Positions 38,926-50,594 of a DNA stretch of 64,000 nucleotides are shown piece by piece. The notes under the pieces were generated by a model. The model saw only the letters and a program-made list of their open reading frames with translations, was not told where the DNA came from and made no database searches. Each line of letters opens with the position of its first letter. Position 1 is the first letter of the stretch. The position numbers and the translations under genes are program-made. The DNA is from Massalongia carnosa (taxonomy: Eukaryota). The DNA is taken from assembly GCA_965645245.1 (NCBI GenBank), contig OZ287071.1:868001-932000 (forward strand). The letters are read 5' to 3'.

Positions 38926-39010
38926 CAATGGAGACAATGAAGACAATGGAGACAATGAAGACAATGGAGACAATGAAGACAATGGAGACAATGAAGACAA
39001 TGGAGACAAT
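38926..39010. repeat. Minisatellite (CAATGGAGA CAATGAAGA)n: nine 9-bp units strictly alternating G/A
   Basis: Directly visible. Confidence 0.95.
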
Positions 39011-39237
39011 AGAGGCAAGAAGATATAAACCCAAGAAAGGATGAACAACATCGAAAAATGATAATATCGACTGAAGTAACGAGTAACTAAGGAACACTCT
39101 ACCAGCATTTACCTCTTCTATTGTTGTCTTATACGTACATCTTAAACATATATAAGAATGCTCGCGCCCTCTGTCTACGAGTGCTATATCCTCATAATTG
39201 AACAGTCTAGCTCAAGAAGGCGTCAATATCAGCATTT

Positions 39238-40362
39238 ATGCGTATGGGACTTACCTTGCCAGCTTTGGAGAGCTTTGATCCAAAAAGACATATCGACTTC
39301 AGGCCACCAATCAAAACCTACACAATGTGTGACCTTAAGTTTCCAGAAAACACTGGTCTCAGCCCCATGGGTATCTCCGAACCTTTCCAGTTCTTCACTC
39401 CAAACGCCGTCGATCGGATGCGGTCAGAAATATTGAGTAAGGATGTATTGGAAAATTGCCAATATTCAAGCAACCTTTCTAAGAGCCAGCTGCGAGGTTA
39501 CGCATCGAAGTAAGTCATCTTTTCTATATGCAATCTGACAATGGCTAACATTTTGTGTCGATACGCTCCGTTCGTCTATGACACCTGGAAGAGCCCCGAG
39601 ACTCTTGCCATCATCTCCAAAATTGCTGGTATCGACCTCGTGACTGAAATGGACTTTGAAATCGGACACATCAACCTTTCCATTAAGGTGGAGGTTTCTG
39701 CAGCTTCGCTGGAGAGAAATCTCGACGAAGGCATTGTTGATTGCCCCTCGGAGGACGATCAGCCAATCGTCGATTGGCACACGGATAGCTACCCCTTCGT
39801 CTGTGTCACGATGCTTAGCGATTGCACCAATATGGTTGGGGGCGAAACAGCTCTTAGGACCGGGGATGGTAAAATCATGAAGGTTCGGGCCCCTCAAATG
39901 GTAAACGCCTCTTTTTCCCCTTTAAATAGAAGAGTAATTAGCTAAATTTTTAAGGGGTCTTCGGTGATCCTTCAAGGGCGTTATATTGAGCACCAAGCTC
40001 TCCGCGCACTTGGGACAACGGAACGGATCACAATGGTTACGTCCTTTCGGCCTCGCGACCCCACAATCCGAGACGACACAGTACTTACCACTGTCCGAGC
40101 CATTTCGAACTTGCCTGAACTCTATTTCCAATTCAGCGAGTACCGATTTGAGATGCTTCAGGAACGTATCCGCCTTCAAGTGGAAAAAATGCGAGACGTT
40201 GCGCAAGCTGGGAGGAAGTTCGATACCGCGGCAATAAAGTTGTTTCTTCAGGAGCAACAGGACTTCTTGGCGCATATGAACCATGAGATTGTCGAGGACG
40301 ATCAAGTTATCAAAGGAAGCATCGATGATAGTCATCTCTTACGAATCGCGCATTCGAACTAG
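39238..40362 (+). CDS. Conserved fungal Fe(II)/2-oxoglutarate-dioxygenase-like protein; introns 39510-39560 (acceptor reads CG) and 39901-39954; possibly a pseudogene
   Basis: FDPKRHI, SEPFQFFT, WHTDSYPFVCVTMLSD (HxD), GGETAL, LQGRYIEHQAL, ERITMVTSFRP. Confidence 0.75.
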
Positions 40363-41415
40363 TCAAACCCATGTACAACCCAAATGTAGGCGGATTTGCT
40401 CTAGGGGTTCATGCGGCGTTCGAAGCAGTCGAAACATCCGAAGCTAAACACCCATAATCTTTTAACTCATTTTATCGATTTATTTTCTCCATTGGGATGA
40501 GCGAGGGGTATTGATGTAGATGTTTTTGAGAATTAACGAATTGTTTGCAGTACCTCTTTGATTATCTCTCACCTCGTTGTACCATCAGAAAGTTACAAGA
40601 GTCAACTATCTTCTCATAATCCCCACATGATACATATTGATACCTACCTTCGCTCAAAACTAGTAAGCGTATTTGAAATGAGTCTTTAGTAACGTTTTCT
40701 ACCTTTCCCGTAAATACGCATTTGTCAGAATTTGAAGGATGAAGTGCAAAGAACGCATTGTGTTTGACTGGCTTGTGGTAAGGTTTTTGGAAAGACTTGA
40801 CTTGCATTACGAGTACAGAGGACATACTTGAAGAACAGCGGTTGTAGAAGATACAGTACTTGCTTTTACACCTTTCTTTGAATAGGTAGCTTTGTCATCA
40901 TATCATCGACAGAAATGAAAAATCGCCATCAATTCCATTGAAGCTGAAAGAGTTCTTGTGTCTTTGCCTCACGGTTTGGTGGAACTAATTTCGTGGTCTG
41001 AGCCCGGACAAACTTGCTAATATTCCTCTTCATTGTTGGGAGCCAAACTATTAGCACGAGTAAAATCAAAAAATTCCCTTTCTTCCCTTTGGGAGACTGA
41101 AGTCTGCCTTTACTTGCCTTACACAGTTCTCTTATTAGACAGACCCTCGTTCAATATAGGAGAAGAAACATACATGCAATCTCCCAGCAGTGTCAGATAT
41201 CGCGCTCAATCCCTCCTTTGGATTTGTCCTAAATATACAAGGGTATTGCGGAAAAATCTCCTTGCTATCTTCGGTGGGTTGGTCAAGTTTCTACCAAAAG
41301 ACTTGCCGATAGATAGACCGTGTAGCAAAATTTTGATAGAACCTTGTATTGAAAGTCATGTGCTTCGGCCCTTAGAATCCTTCACTCTTTTGCCGATTCC
41401 CGAGTTCGTTGAGGG

Positions 41416-41841
41416 TTAGTGGTCTCCTTGGGCTAATTCGTCTCCGTCGCTTAAGATATCTTCAAAACTTTCTGGCATAATCGGAGATTCCAATCTCAAG
41501 CCGGCTGTCGGCTTGACAGGCTTGACAATATCAACATTCCAGAATTTCTCCTCCACCCCACAGTTTCTCAAGATGGTCCTGAGCAACTCCCTCTCAAGTC
41601 TGTTCATATCTTTGGCTCTGACCCATGCTTCATCCTCTGTATCATGCAGGTGGAGGTAAGTGGACTTGACATCACTCGTGGTCAATCTTGGCTTAAGCTT
41701 CAAATGCGCATTCAGCAAAGAGGCAACGGCCGATGGGGAGGAAGAGACATAGATGCTATAAACGCTAAGTTGGAAGAGATGACTGGGGGAGAGATCTAAA
41801 CGAGGTACAACTTTGATAAGGGGCTTGATAGGGGGAGCCAT
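41416..41841 (-). CDS. Hypothetical protein, 141 aa, single exon
   Basis: ATG-initiated ORF with protein-like composition and a pyrimidine-rich 5' leader; no recognisable domain. Confidence 0.5.
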   Translation of the reverse strand: MAPPIKPLIKVVPRLDLSPSHLFQLSVYSIYVSSSPSAVASLLNAHLKLKPRLTTSDVKSTYLHLHDTEDEAWVRAKDMNRLERELLRTILRNCGVEEKFWNVDIVKPVKPTAGLRLESPIMPESFEDILSDGDELAQGDH

Positions 41842-42782
41842 GTTAAGAACTAGGTTACTGAGAAGAATGGAGATGATGAGAGTAAGGAGGAGTATGATGA
41901 GAAGGAAAGATGGTGACTGCCTTAGGAGAATTTATATACGGCAAAGCGCCTGTCAGAACTATGTTGTGTTGATAAAACTTGCAACATATTCGATGCTGGT
42001 GACACAACGTTGTCTGACTATGGAAAAATGTCAAGTGAACAATTCCAAACAAACAAAAGCGAGTTGGAGGAGTTTAGTTGTCATAGAATCGGTTATAGTG
42101 AATTAAACTTAGCACCATTTGACATACATTTCATCACCTCATAGGGGGATACCATCCCGAATTTCACGGTGAGTAATCCCTTCCAAGGCGAGAGTGAAGA
42201 CCCTCTGCCCTGCCCATATGTATCAAGTTACCGTGCCAGGGAACAACTAACTGCGGTTTCCCGTACGGAAAGCATAGATTTAGACAGCTTGTTCTGAAAC
42301 ACCAAGTGACCGTGAACCTTCTGAGCTGATAAGAGTGAGGAAATAAATGAAATCGCTGGAACAGATATCATATCAAGCGAAAGTTGATTCTAGCAGTTCA
42401 AAACGCGTTTTTCACCTATACCTTCACAAAGTGATAGAAAAGCCTCAAACAAACTTATCGTTGCTATGATCTAGAGCTGATGAGAAGAGCTTCTAATGCA
42501 AAGCTCTTCCTTGGCTGATACAGTACTTTACAGAGAAGGGAAAGCGATACAAGATTTTGGAGTTCAGCCTCATAAGCCCACGGGTGTGAATCTTATCTAA
42601 CTACTTTAATAATAGCGCGATCATCCTCCATGAACCGCAATATACACAGACCATGTACTTAACCTAACTATTCTCTGTCTACATAACACAACAGCACATC
42701 CAGATCTCGCCCCACCCACCTTTTTTTCCAGCGATGAGCAAGATTGATTATCTACACGTTTAATTAGTGGTGAACTAACGGC

Positions 42783-44981
42783 ATGGGTGAACTAACACAA
42801 ATCCAAGGACCTTTGAGAACGCCGGAGAAAATAATCGAGCGAGGCCACCAGCATCAAGATGGCTCCGGTAGCTTCCTGCAGAGCCTTGAGACAGATTTGG
42901 ATGAGTTAAGGACACTTGTTACGTGTCGAATCTGTATTCGCCCTTTATACGAACCTTACACCATCTCATGTGGACATACCTTTTGTTATAGTTGCCTCCG
43001 ACAGTGGTTCGAAAGAGACCGCACCCATAAAACGTGTCCCGATTGCCGTGCCAAGGTCCTACAGCAGCCTGCACCGGCCTATCTGGTTAGTTACTTTGAG
43101 TTCGATGTTATCAAAACTTGTTACTAACCTTGTACTTATCAGGTCCGAGACATGACCCAGATATTCATAAATCGGGCTGAGCTTATGCCTGTGGGTGAAA
43201 CGACCGAAAACCACAAGGAATGGCAGAAAGAAGAGGCCTTTGCCGTAGATAAGGATAGGAAGAGTGTTGGTGACCCTTGTGGAGGACTTTTTGGAGGTTG
43301 TTTTGCCTCCTCTTCACGACGAAACGGTCCTCCAATCATAGACTTTGAGGATGGCATCGACCGATGCCCACGGTGTACCTGGGAACTTGAAGACGGAGTC
43401 TGCGCATCGTGTGACTACGAAGTTGGTGTTACCTTCTCTGGACTTAGCGGCTCGGAAAGTCCATCTGTCTCATACTACACAGAAGACGAGATGGCGCAGG
43501 AGTATTTTAGGAGTCAGAGAGGAGAAATATTTGATGATGGCCATAGAAGACGTCTAGTTGAGCAAAACTTCGCAGCAAACGGTAGAATCAGTAGTGATTC
43601 AGATGAAGATGCTATTGCAATTGCTTCTGAGCGAGCCGTTCTACGGCGGCGGTTTAGAGCAAGAGAAAGAACTGTAGCATCGCCGCCTGGCCGATTTCAT
43701 TACCCAGGTATAAATGGGGCCTATCCTGATATTGCTACAGATGATGATGAGTTTGGTGACTCTGATGATTACAGCGCAGAGGATGAAGAAGCTGGATCCT
43801 TGGATGGTTTTGTGGTTGATGACATGGACGAGCAAACCTCCTCCATAGTAAATTCTCCTCGAAGCTCTCATTATGACACCGACGAAGTCACTGGTGTTAT
43901 CGAGGAGTTTAGAACGTATAGCTCTGAGGATGAACAGCATGCGCGTGAAGACCACCATGGAAATGATCATCCCGTTCAGATAACCGAAGAACGTACTTTC
44001 GAATCTGATACAGACGATGACCCGATCACACGAGCTGGAAGACACGATTTTCAAAGATCCGCTGATTCTCCAAAGCCGAGCTCCAGCGATGGCTCAGAAG
44101 TTATTACTATTGCAGACAGGTACAATCATTCTCATGGCAGCAGACGCGAACAAAATCATGAAGCATCAACCAATCCCCAAACAGCATCTCGTCCGAGCAC
44201 TGCTAACAATGCTGCGGGCCTGGGCAGTCGTAACGGATCTCGAGGTGTGCTAATAGAGATTGGAAGCGATTCAGATTCTCCACCTGTAGTTCCACGCCCT
44301 CGCAGAAGGCGAGCACTGCCACCTCGCATCCTCTCAGATGATGACGACGATGCTACTAATGCAAGTGCGGATGCTCATCCTGGACCGAGTCGTCCTAGCA
44401 GTAGCGGTACGGCAACTATTGGACAACCGTCACCAAGTCGCTCCTCTGTACGGGATGGTGACTTGCAGCAACCTAATCAGATTTTTAGCGCTATATCCCC
44501 CATAGTTATCACCTCAAGTCCTAACAGGCCCCATGTTCCCCGATATGGATGGTCCCCTTATCACCAGTCCGCTGCATCTCCGGATCGTGTTTCCAGAGCC
44601 CCTCGTCCAAGTATAGCTCGTTCGGGTAACGAGCGTAACACAAGACAACACGCATTAATGGCTCGGCATCGACAGCACCGTCAAAACCAACCACAGAGCC
44701 CTCGCCAACCCAATACTCAGCCTTCTTCAATCCAAGCTCCCCGCATGCTACTATCGTCCTTAGTCGCCGATAGCCCACGTGCTGATCCAAGAGAAAGAGT
44801 CCGGCTACTTACGCTAGAGCGTGCAGCGCGGAAGGCTGAGCGTCAGCAAGCAAAGCAGGACCGTAGAAGAAGAGAACTTGAGCGGACTATTGCATCCGGA
44901 TCATCGCGGCAACCTACTTCGCTAGATGGATCTGAGATGATGAATCTTGATGGGGGCGTTGAGTTTGTGGATCAGGATTGA
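42783..44981 (+). CDS. RING-finger E3 ubiquitin ligase, Psh1-like; intron ~43087-43142
   Basis: C3HC4 RING CRICIRPLYEPYTISCGHTFCYSCL...CPDCR, a second motif DGIDRCPRCTWELEDGVCASC and a long acidic/disordered tail. Confidence 0.8.
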
Positions 44982-45466
44982 AGCAATTGGTCAAACACAA
45001 AGGACCAATTAATTTAAAGATTTGCAAGCGGAGGGGAAGTCCAATTTCTATGTTTCCGCGCAATGTGACACTCCCCGAGTTGCTCTTGACGCTTCTTTCC
45101 GCCCATTGAAATGATGGGGCTTTAGAACTGATTTGCCGGTCTACTTTTCTGGCATAGGGAACCGGTTCCGCCATTATCGATCATTGCAGATTATGGAAAT
45201 GGCACAGGGATCACGGTGTTGGTGGCGCCAAGGAGAATATTAATGGACAGGCTTCGGCTATACTGCAGTAGCTGGAGAACCATAGATGGTCCGCCTTTTA
45301 GGGATGGGGGCACTCTAGTATTCGAGCTGTTTTAGAGCTGTAGCATTGAATAGCAGCTTCCTCCGATACTGCGAGCCACACAATGAGTGATCTTGTTCTT
45401 GTTTCTTGGGGAGCAGTCTGCCCTCGTGCTTTGGAGACGATACGGCATATTGTGCGCTTTAGACCG

Positions 45467-47280
45467 CTATGCATCTTCGGCTAACCCTTTGCATACCATC
45501 CCAACCCCATCTGCTTGCCCGTTGGTAACCTCAGCCTCACTCCCTCTCACTGCCAACTTCGGCACCTCAAACACCACCGCGCCACTCTTTCCCATCATCG
45601 TCTTCCACCTCCCCAGCCGATGCTCCGTACCAACGCCCACAACCACGCAAATCCCACCCTTGCCCCTTTCTCCCCTTTCAAAAACGCCAATATCGTTCAC
45701 AACACCCCTCACCTCACCCTCAGCCCCTCCGCCTTCCTCCAATCTCCCTAATACTCCAACGGTCTCAATGCGCTTCTTCTCTTTTCCGACCTTCCAAACC
45801 CGCACACAGCCATCCCAACTCCCGCTCAGCACTAGATCGCTATAAGGCACCGTCGCCAACGCCGTGATCCAGCGCGGCTGTGGCTTAGCGGGGACTTCAG
45901 GGTTCGGAACCTGTTCGGCGGACGCTTCTTCGGGCGCCAGGGGCGGGTCAAGCCCGTGGGCTACATGGACCGTGAAGACGGGCTTTTTCTTGTGCAGTGT
46001 CCACAGGGATAGCGAGCCGTTGTCTGAACCAGTGATGAAGGTTTCTTCATCGATGAGGGCGACGCGATCGATACTACCTTCTGCATATATTCGGGCTTGG
46101 GGCGCAATGGTACCGTTGGCCGAACCCCGGGGCTTCTTTCTTTCATCGTTGCCTTTGCTTCCGCTCCCGCCCCGGAACACTAGCTGCGTCTCCTCCGCTA
46201 CCTTCCATAAGCGCGCCGTGCGGTCTCGCGCGCCAACGCTGATGCAACGCTCCTGTGCCAATGCTGCGATGTCGACGACTTCTTCTTGGTGGCCAAAGAG
46301 CGTCTCAACGTAGGCCAGCTCATCGAGGCTCCAGGTCTTGATAGTGCGGTCTTTGGAGCTGGAGTATAGCTGATTCGTGCCGCGACGAAATGCGAGGCTG
46401 GTGACAGAGTCACGGTGTTGGCTAAACACTTTCAGAGCTGTGAGATCAGCGGCCGACCAAATTATGAGACGCTTGTCGGCGCCGCCCGTGGCAACGAATT
46501 TACCGGACGAGGCGGCCGCAACAGCAAGGATGGCGCCGGTATGATGCATATATGTTTGGTTGTTCGATTTAATTCTTCCACCTTTCGTCATGAGTAGTTT
46601 GGTAGGGCGGCGGCGAACTGGCGCAGGGGGTTTCTTGATGGGTTTGCGCGGTTTGGAAGGGGGCGGTTCGGCCAGCTCCCATTTTGTGAAAATAATGTCT
46701 TTAGAGACAGTGTAAACGAAGGGCGGGCAGAGGGCAACTGAGGTAACAGTCTGGGACAGAGAGCGAAAATGAGTCTTTGAAGCTGCGGAGAAATCAAGTT
46801 CTGATGCGATATTGCGGTAGAGCCGTCCTTTGGTTTCGGCCTACCTAAGCAATTAGGATTCTAAGAGGATTTGAGATTGATTTTATTGGAAAGGCATACC
46901 ACATCTTCTTGCAACCTTTCGGAAATCAGATCTCGGTCGATCTCTTCCGCGTCGAAGCCGACCTCATCCACCTCCCCTTGAATAGTCTTCAGGTATCGCT
47001 CCGCAAGCCTTAAGCGTCGCTCTGCGCCTGTCTCGTCCTTGTCCTCTGAACTACTGCTTAGTCCACCATCATTTTCGCTTAGGTCATTGTGCCTGGGTTC
47101 GTCTTCGGAACCACTTCCTGATATTGATTCATCTCTTTTGGGGCGGGGGTTTTTCGACTTTTGTACTTTGCTGATTGCTTTGGAGTTGGTGTTTGGTCTT
47201 TTTGCCGAGGGGATAGCAGCAGCGGATTCATCGCGCTTGCGTTTGCGCTGCGACGCAGGTGTAGTGAAAAAGGAAGACAT
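45467..47280 (-). CDS. RRP9: U3 snoRNP WD40 protein Rrp9; one intron ~46841-46899
   Basis: MSSFFTTPASQRKRKR, ETGAERRLRLAERYL, YVETLFGHQ, VGARDRTARLWKV, GTEHRLGRW. Confidence 0.92.
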
Positions 47281-47384
47281 TCTATAGATGTACAAAGACG
47301 TTTATATCAATAACAAAACTCGAAACTAATGAATCTCGTTTGGCGTTGTGCTAAGCATCGTTTTCGCTTACTAGTGCCTGCCCA

Positions 47385-49233
47385 ACGGCTCAAAGTCCAA
47401 AACGGTTCAAAGACCGAATTAACTATGCATGTTCAATTTGACTACGAAAAATCTTCCACCATTTGGTCCTTTCAACCTCCCATTTTTTACGTGCTCGGAG
47501 GAAGATATTGGCCTCACGAAACAGTCCTTTCCAGAGCTTCTTTTCGGCGTTGTCGATGACCTGTTGCTTTTCAATGCGGCCGCTTTAGCTCGGTCCAAGG
47601 CCTTCTGTGCCTTTTCCACTCCATCTTCATGTCGTTTGGTGACTTTAGCACGTACATCTCGAACGGTGATGACCCCACCTGACTGAGCAACAGTTCCAGC
47701 AAGCTTTTTACGCGCTGCCTTAGCAAATGAGGCTCTGGCTGAGGTCAATAAGTCCCTTGCAGCCAATTGCTGAGCATGAGCGCTAGCCATAGCACCTTTG
47801 AAAAAGCGATCGACATGCAACTTATAATTTCCGTCGATAGCATCATTTGTCTGCATGCTTCTTTGAAGTTTAGTGCCAAAGATGATGACCTCAGTGGAAG
47901 TACGAGGTGTTCTGGCCAATAATGGGGCCGATGGTGGGGGTGGAGGGGTAGTCGGCCTTTGACGACTTTGCGCCTCGATTTTCGAGATGACCACATTCGG
48001 ATTATAAGGCACTAGTCCTGTGTTTCTGAATGCAGCTAAAATCGTCGATTTGGTGAATGTTTTGAGGCGCATATCCTGAAAAACCGACAAAAAGTCGATC
48101 TTGTTGAACTCCCCTCCTCCGGCACGAATAGCCTCATCAGCATGATAGTGTTTAAAAGGCTGAAAGCATCCAATGTCCAGTGGTTGGGTCAAATGAGTGG
48201 AATGAGCAGGTAATCCGAACAATTCGATGTGCTCGCTCTGTGCATACTCGAAAAATTCATACGTCATATGAGATCCATATCCGTCCAAAATCAACAACCT
48301 CCATGCACCAATTTGCCCTTTTGCACTATGTTTATCAAATGTTTCAACCAATCAATAGCGAGATCATCATTCGAATAACCAGTTGAACTGACGGCGAAAA
48401 GAATGTCATCATCCAAATCATTTTCCAGGGCCCATTTCTCCTTTGATTTGTACGCCAGGAAGTATGATCATGGGGGGAATATCCCTTCCTCCACCACTAA
48501 TACTCTCCACCGAGGTGATGTAGTCTCTGTTGTCTGGATCCGTCATCAAAAGAGGCTTATGAGAATGAGTCGAAATCACCCAATGAGCTCTTCCACAGCC
48601 AATTCGAAAGCCCGTTTCATCCATGTTCCAGGTGTCCTCGTCCACGATTCCCCTCAATTCTCGAAGGACCTTGTACTGCTCAAAATGCTTCATCATACTC
48701 TCCGAATCGTGTGAATGTTTACGCTCAACAGCGAGGGGTTTTTGTTTACGTTTGAAGTACTCCGGATGACGTTTTAAAAACCGTCTGGTCCACATGGCGC
48801 TTACGGTAGGAAGTGGAGTGTCGGTTTGATCACGATCAATTTGTCCAACTAATGCTCGACCGAGCAGGTAATTAGCAGCTCCACGAACCATCGAGAGCTT
48901 AGCTGATTGTTCCATATGATCCAATCGCTCAATATAAGCACAAATAGCTTTTTCTTGTGCATCTGTAAGTGCTTTGTTGCTTGATGAACGAGTTGATTTG
49001 GAAGCCCCTCCATTGAGTCTTCGACGAAGTGTCCTCGAATCGACGTGAAATTTTCGAGCGACAGCGCTGGCACTAGAATCATCACTACTGTTATACGCGC
49101 TGATGGCCTCATCAAGACGATTTTCAGAGTCCCAGAACGAATCAGACATGGTGGTGTGGAATGGGCACGCGTTTGGTGAAGGATGAAATAAATGGTTAAT
49201 TTGGTCTTTGAACCGTCTTGGACTTTGAGCCGT
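47385..49233 (-). mobile_element. Fot1/pogo-like (Tc1/mariner superfamily) DNA transposon, 1849 bp, frameshifted transposase
   Basis: 39-bp TIRs ACGGCTCAAAGTCCAA(A/G)ACGGTTCAAAGACC(G/A)AATTAAC (37/39 identical), TA at 49234-49235. Transposase from ATG 49149: HTH/CENP-B-like N-terminus, NMDETG, LILDGYGSH, QPLDIGCF. Confidence 0.93.
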
Positions 49234-49401
49234 TAGGCACTAGTACAGTAAGCGAAAACGATTACTGGTGGTGTGGCACGATTAGACAGAAGTTCGCCGA
49301 ATCTAGCTTGCGTAGTTTTAGGCTTCCTAAGCTCACGCGTTGCTTGCAGTTAGATAGTTTTCTCTCTTAACCTCAAAATAAAATCATTAACAGCAACCAA
49401 T

Positions 49402-50265
49402 ATGTAAGCCAGTAGTTGAGGAGTTCTGGCTAATGGCACTGATATCTGAACAGGGAGGTTCTTCTTGGCATCACTGGCAAAGACTATACGATCATTGCGG
49501 CATCTAAAGCTGCAATGCGAGGTGCCACCATTTTGAAGGCGACTGATGATAAGACGAAGGAGCTCAATAAACACACGCTGATGGCATTCTCGGGTGAGGC
49601 AGGAGATACTAGTATGCTGTGACCAGGCTTCAATAAATTATAAAATTACTGATCCGTAGCTATCAGTACAGTTTGCGGAATATATTCAAGCCAATATCCA
49701 ACTGTACTCCATGCGGAATGATACCGATTTAGGGCCCTCAGCAGTCGCCAACTTCGTCCGAGGAGAATTAGCTAGAAGCTTGAGGTCAAAGAACCCTTAC
49801 ACTGTCAACCTGCTGCTTGGAGGATTGGATCCCATCACAAAGCAACCTAGTTTATACTGGCTGGATTATTTAGCGGCGCTGGCCCCTCTCCCATATGCTG
49901 CTCATGGATATGCTCAGTATGTTTTAATTTTGTGATTTAAATTCTTCAATGGTGGTTTAGACCCTATTATACAGACTTACTAACGCTTACTTTTTAAGGT
50001 ATTATTGCTTGTCTATACTTGACAAACACCACCATCCCGATATCAATTTCGATCAAGGCCTGAAGATCCTTCGATTGTGCACAGATGAACTAAAGCGGAG
50101 ATTACCCATAGACTTCAAAGGGGTAAGATACTATTGAGACACTATGCACTAAAATCTACGAAGTCAGGCTGACTCGGCGCCCTACAGATGCTTGTAAAGG
50201 TGATTGATAAGGATGGTGTACGAGAGATCGATTATGATGATAGTAAACCTGTATTAAGTGCATAG
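49402..50265 (+). CDS. PRE1: 20S proteasome subunit beta-4 (PSMB2); multi-exon, start codon split by intron 1
   Basis: AT|gtaagc...cag|G GAG GTT CTT = [58 protein letters not shown]. Confidence 0.93.
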
Positions 50266-50594
50266 CATGGCGGTTTTTCTTCTCCTGGGGTCCTTGGGGA
50301 ATACTTTGTAGTATGTAGCTACCCAGTTATCTAGATTGAATTACAGTCATCCCTCAAAAATCGACCTACTAAATCAAATTCAAATATACTAATCTAGACC
50401 TATCTTTACGCTCCAAATTTGTATAACCAGCATGACTTTATCGATGGCCTACCTTAGCGCCATTAACGTAGAGGAGCCGGACACAAAGTATGTACTGGGC
50501 TTAGGGGCTAGTTATGTCCTAGCGTTTATAGTGATCCTTTACAAAGCACAAATCTAGGACTCCAGAACACAACCCATACTCAAGAAGTTGCACG

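Noticed and set aside
38845..39108. Three ORFs with METMKT / SIVFIV / LSPLSS repeats
   Set aside because: They are translations of the 9-bp minisatellite in different frames; no other coding evidence.
8448..40362. Secondary-metabolite cluster (acyltransferase, MFS, 2OG-dioxygenase-like genes)
   Set aside because: The genes are dispersed among housekeeping genes, and no PKS/NRPS/terpene backbone gene or cluster regulator is present.
40562..41419. ORFs 40562..40825 and 41033..41419
   Set aside because: No recognisable motifs and no phase-consistent splice model found.
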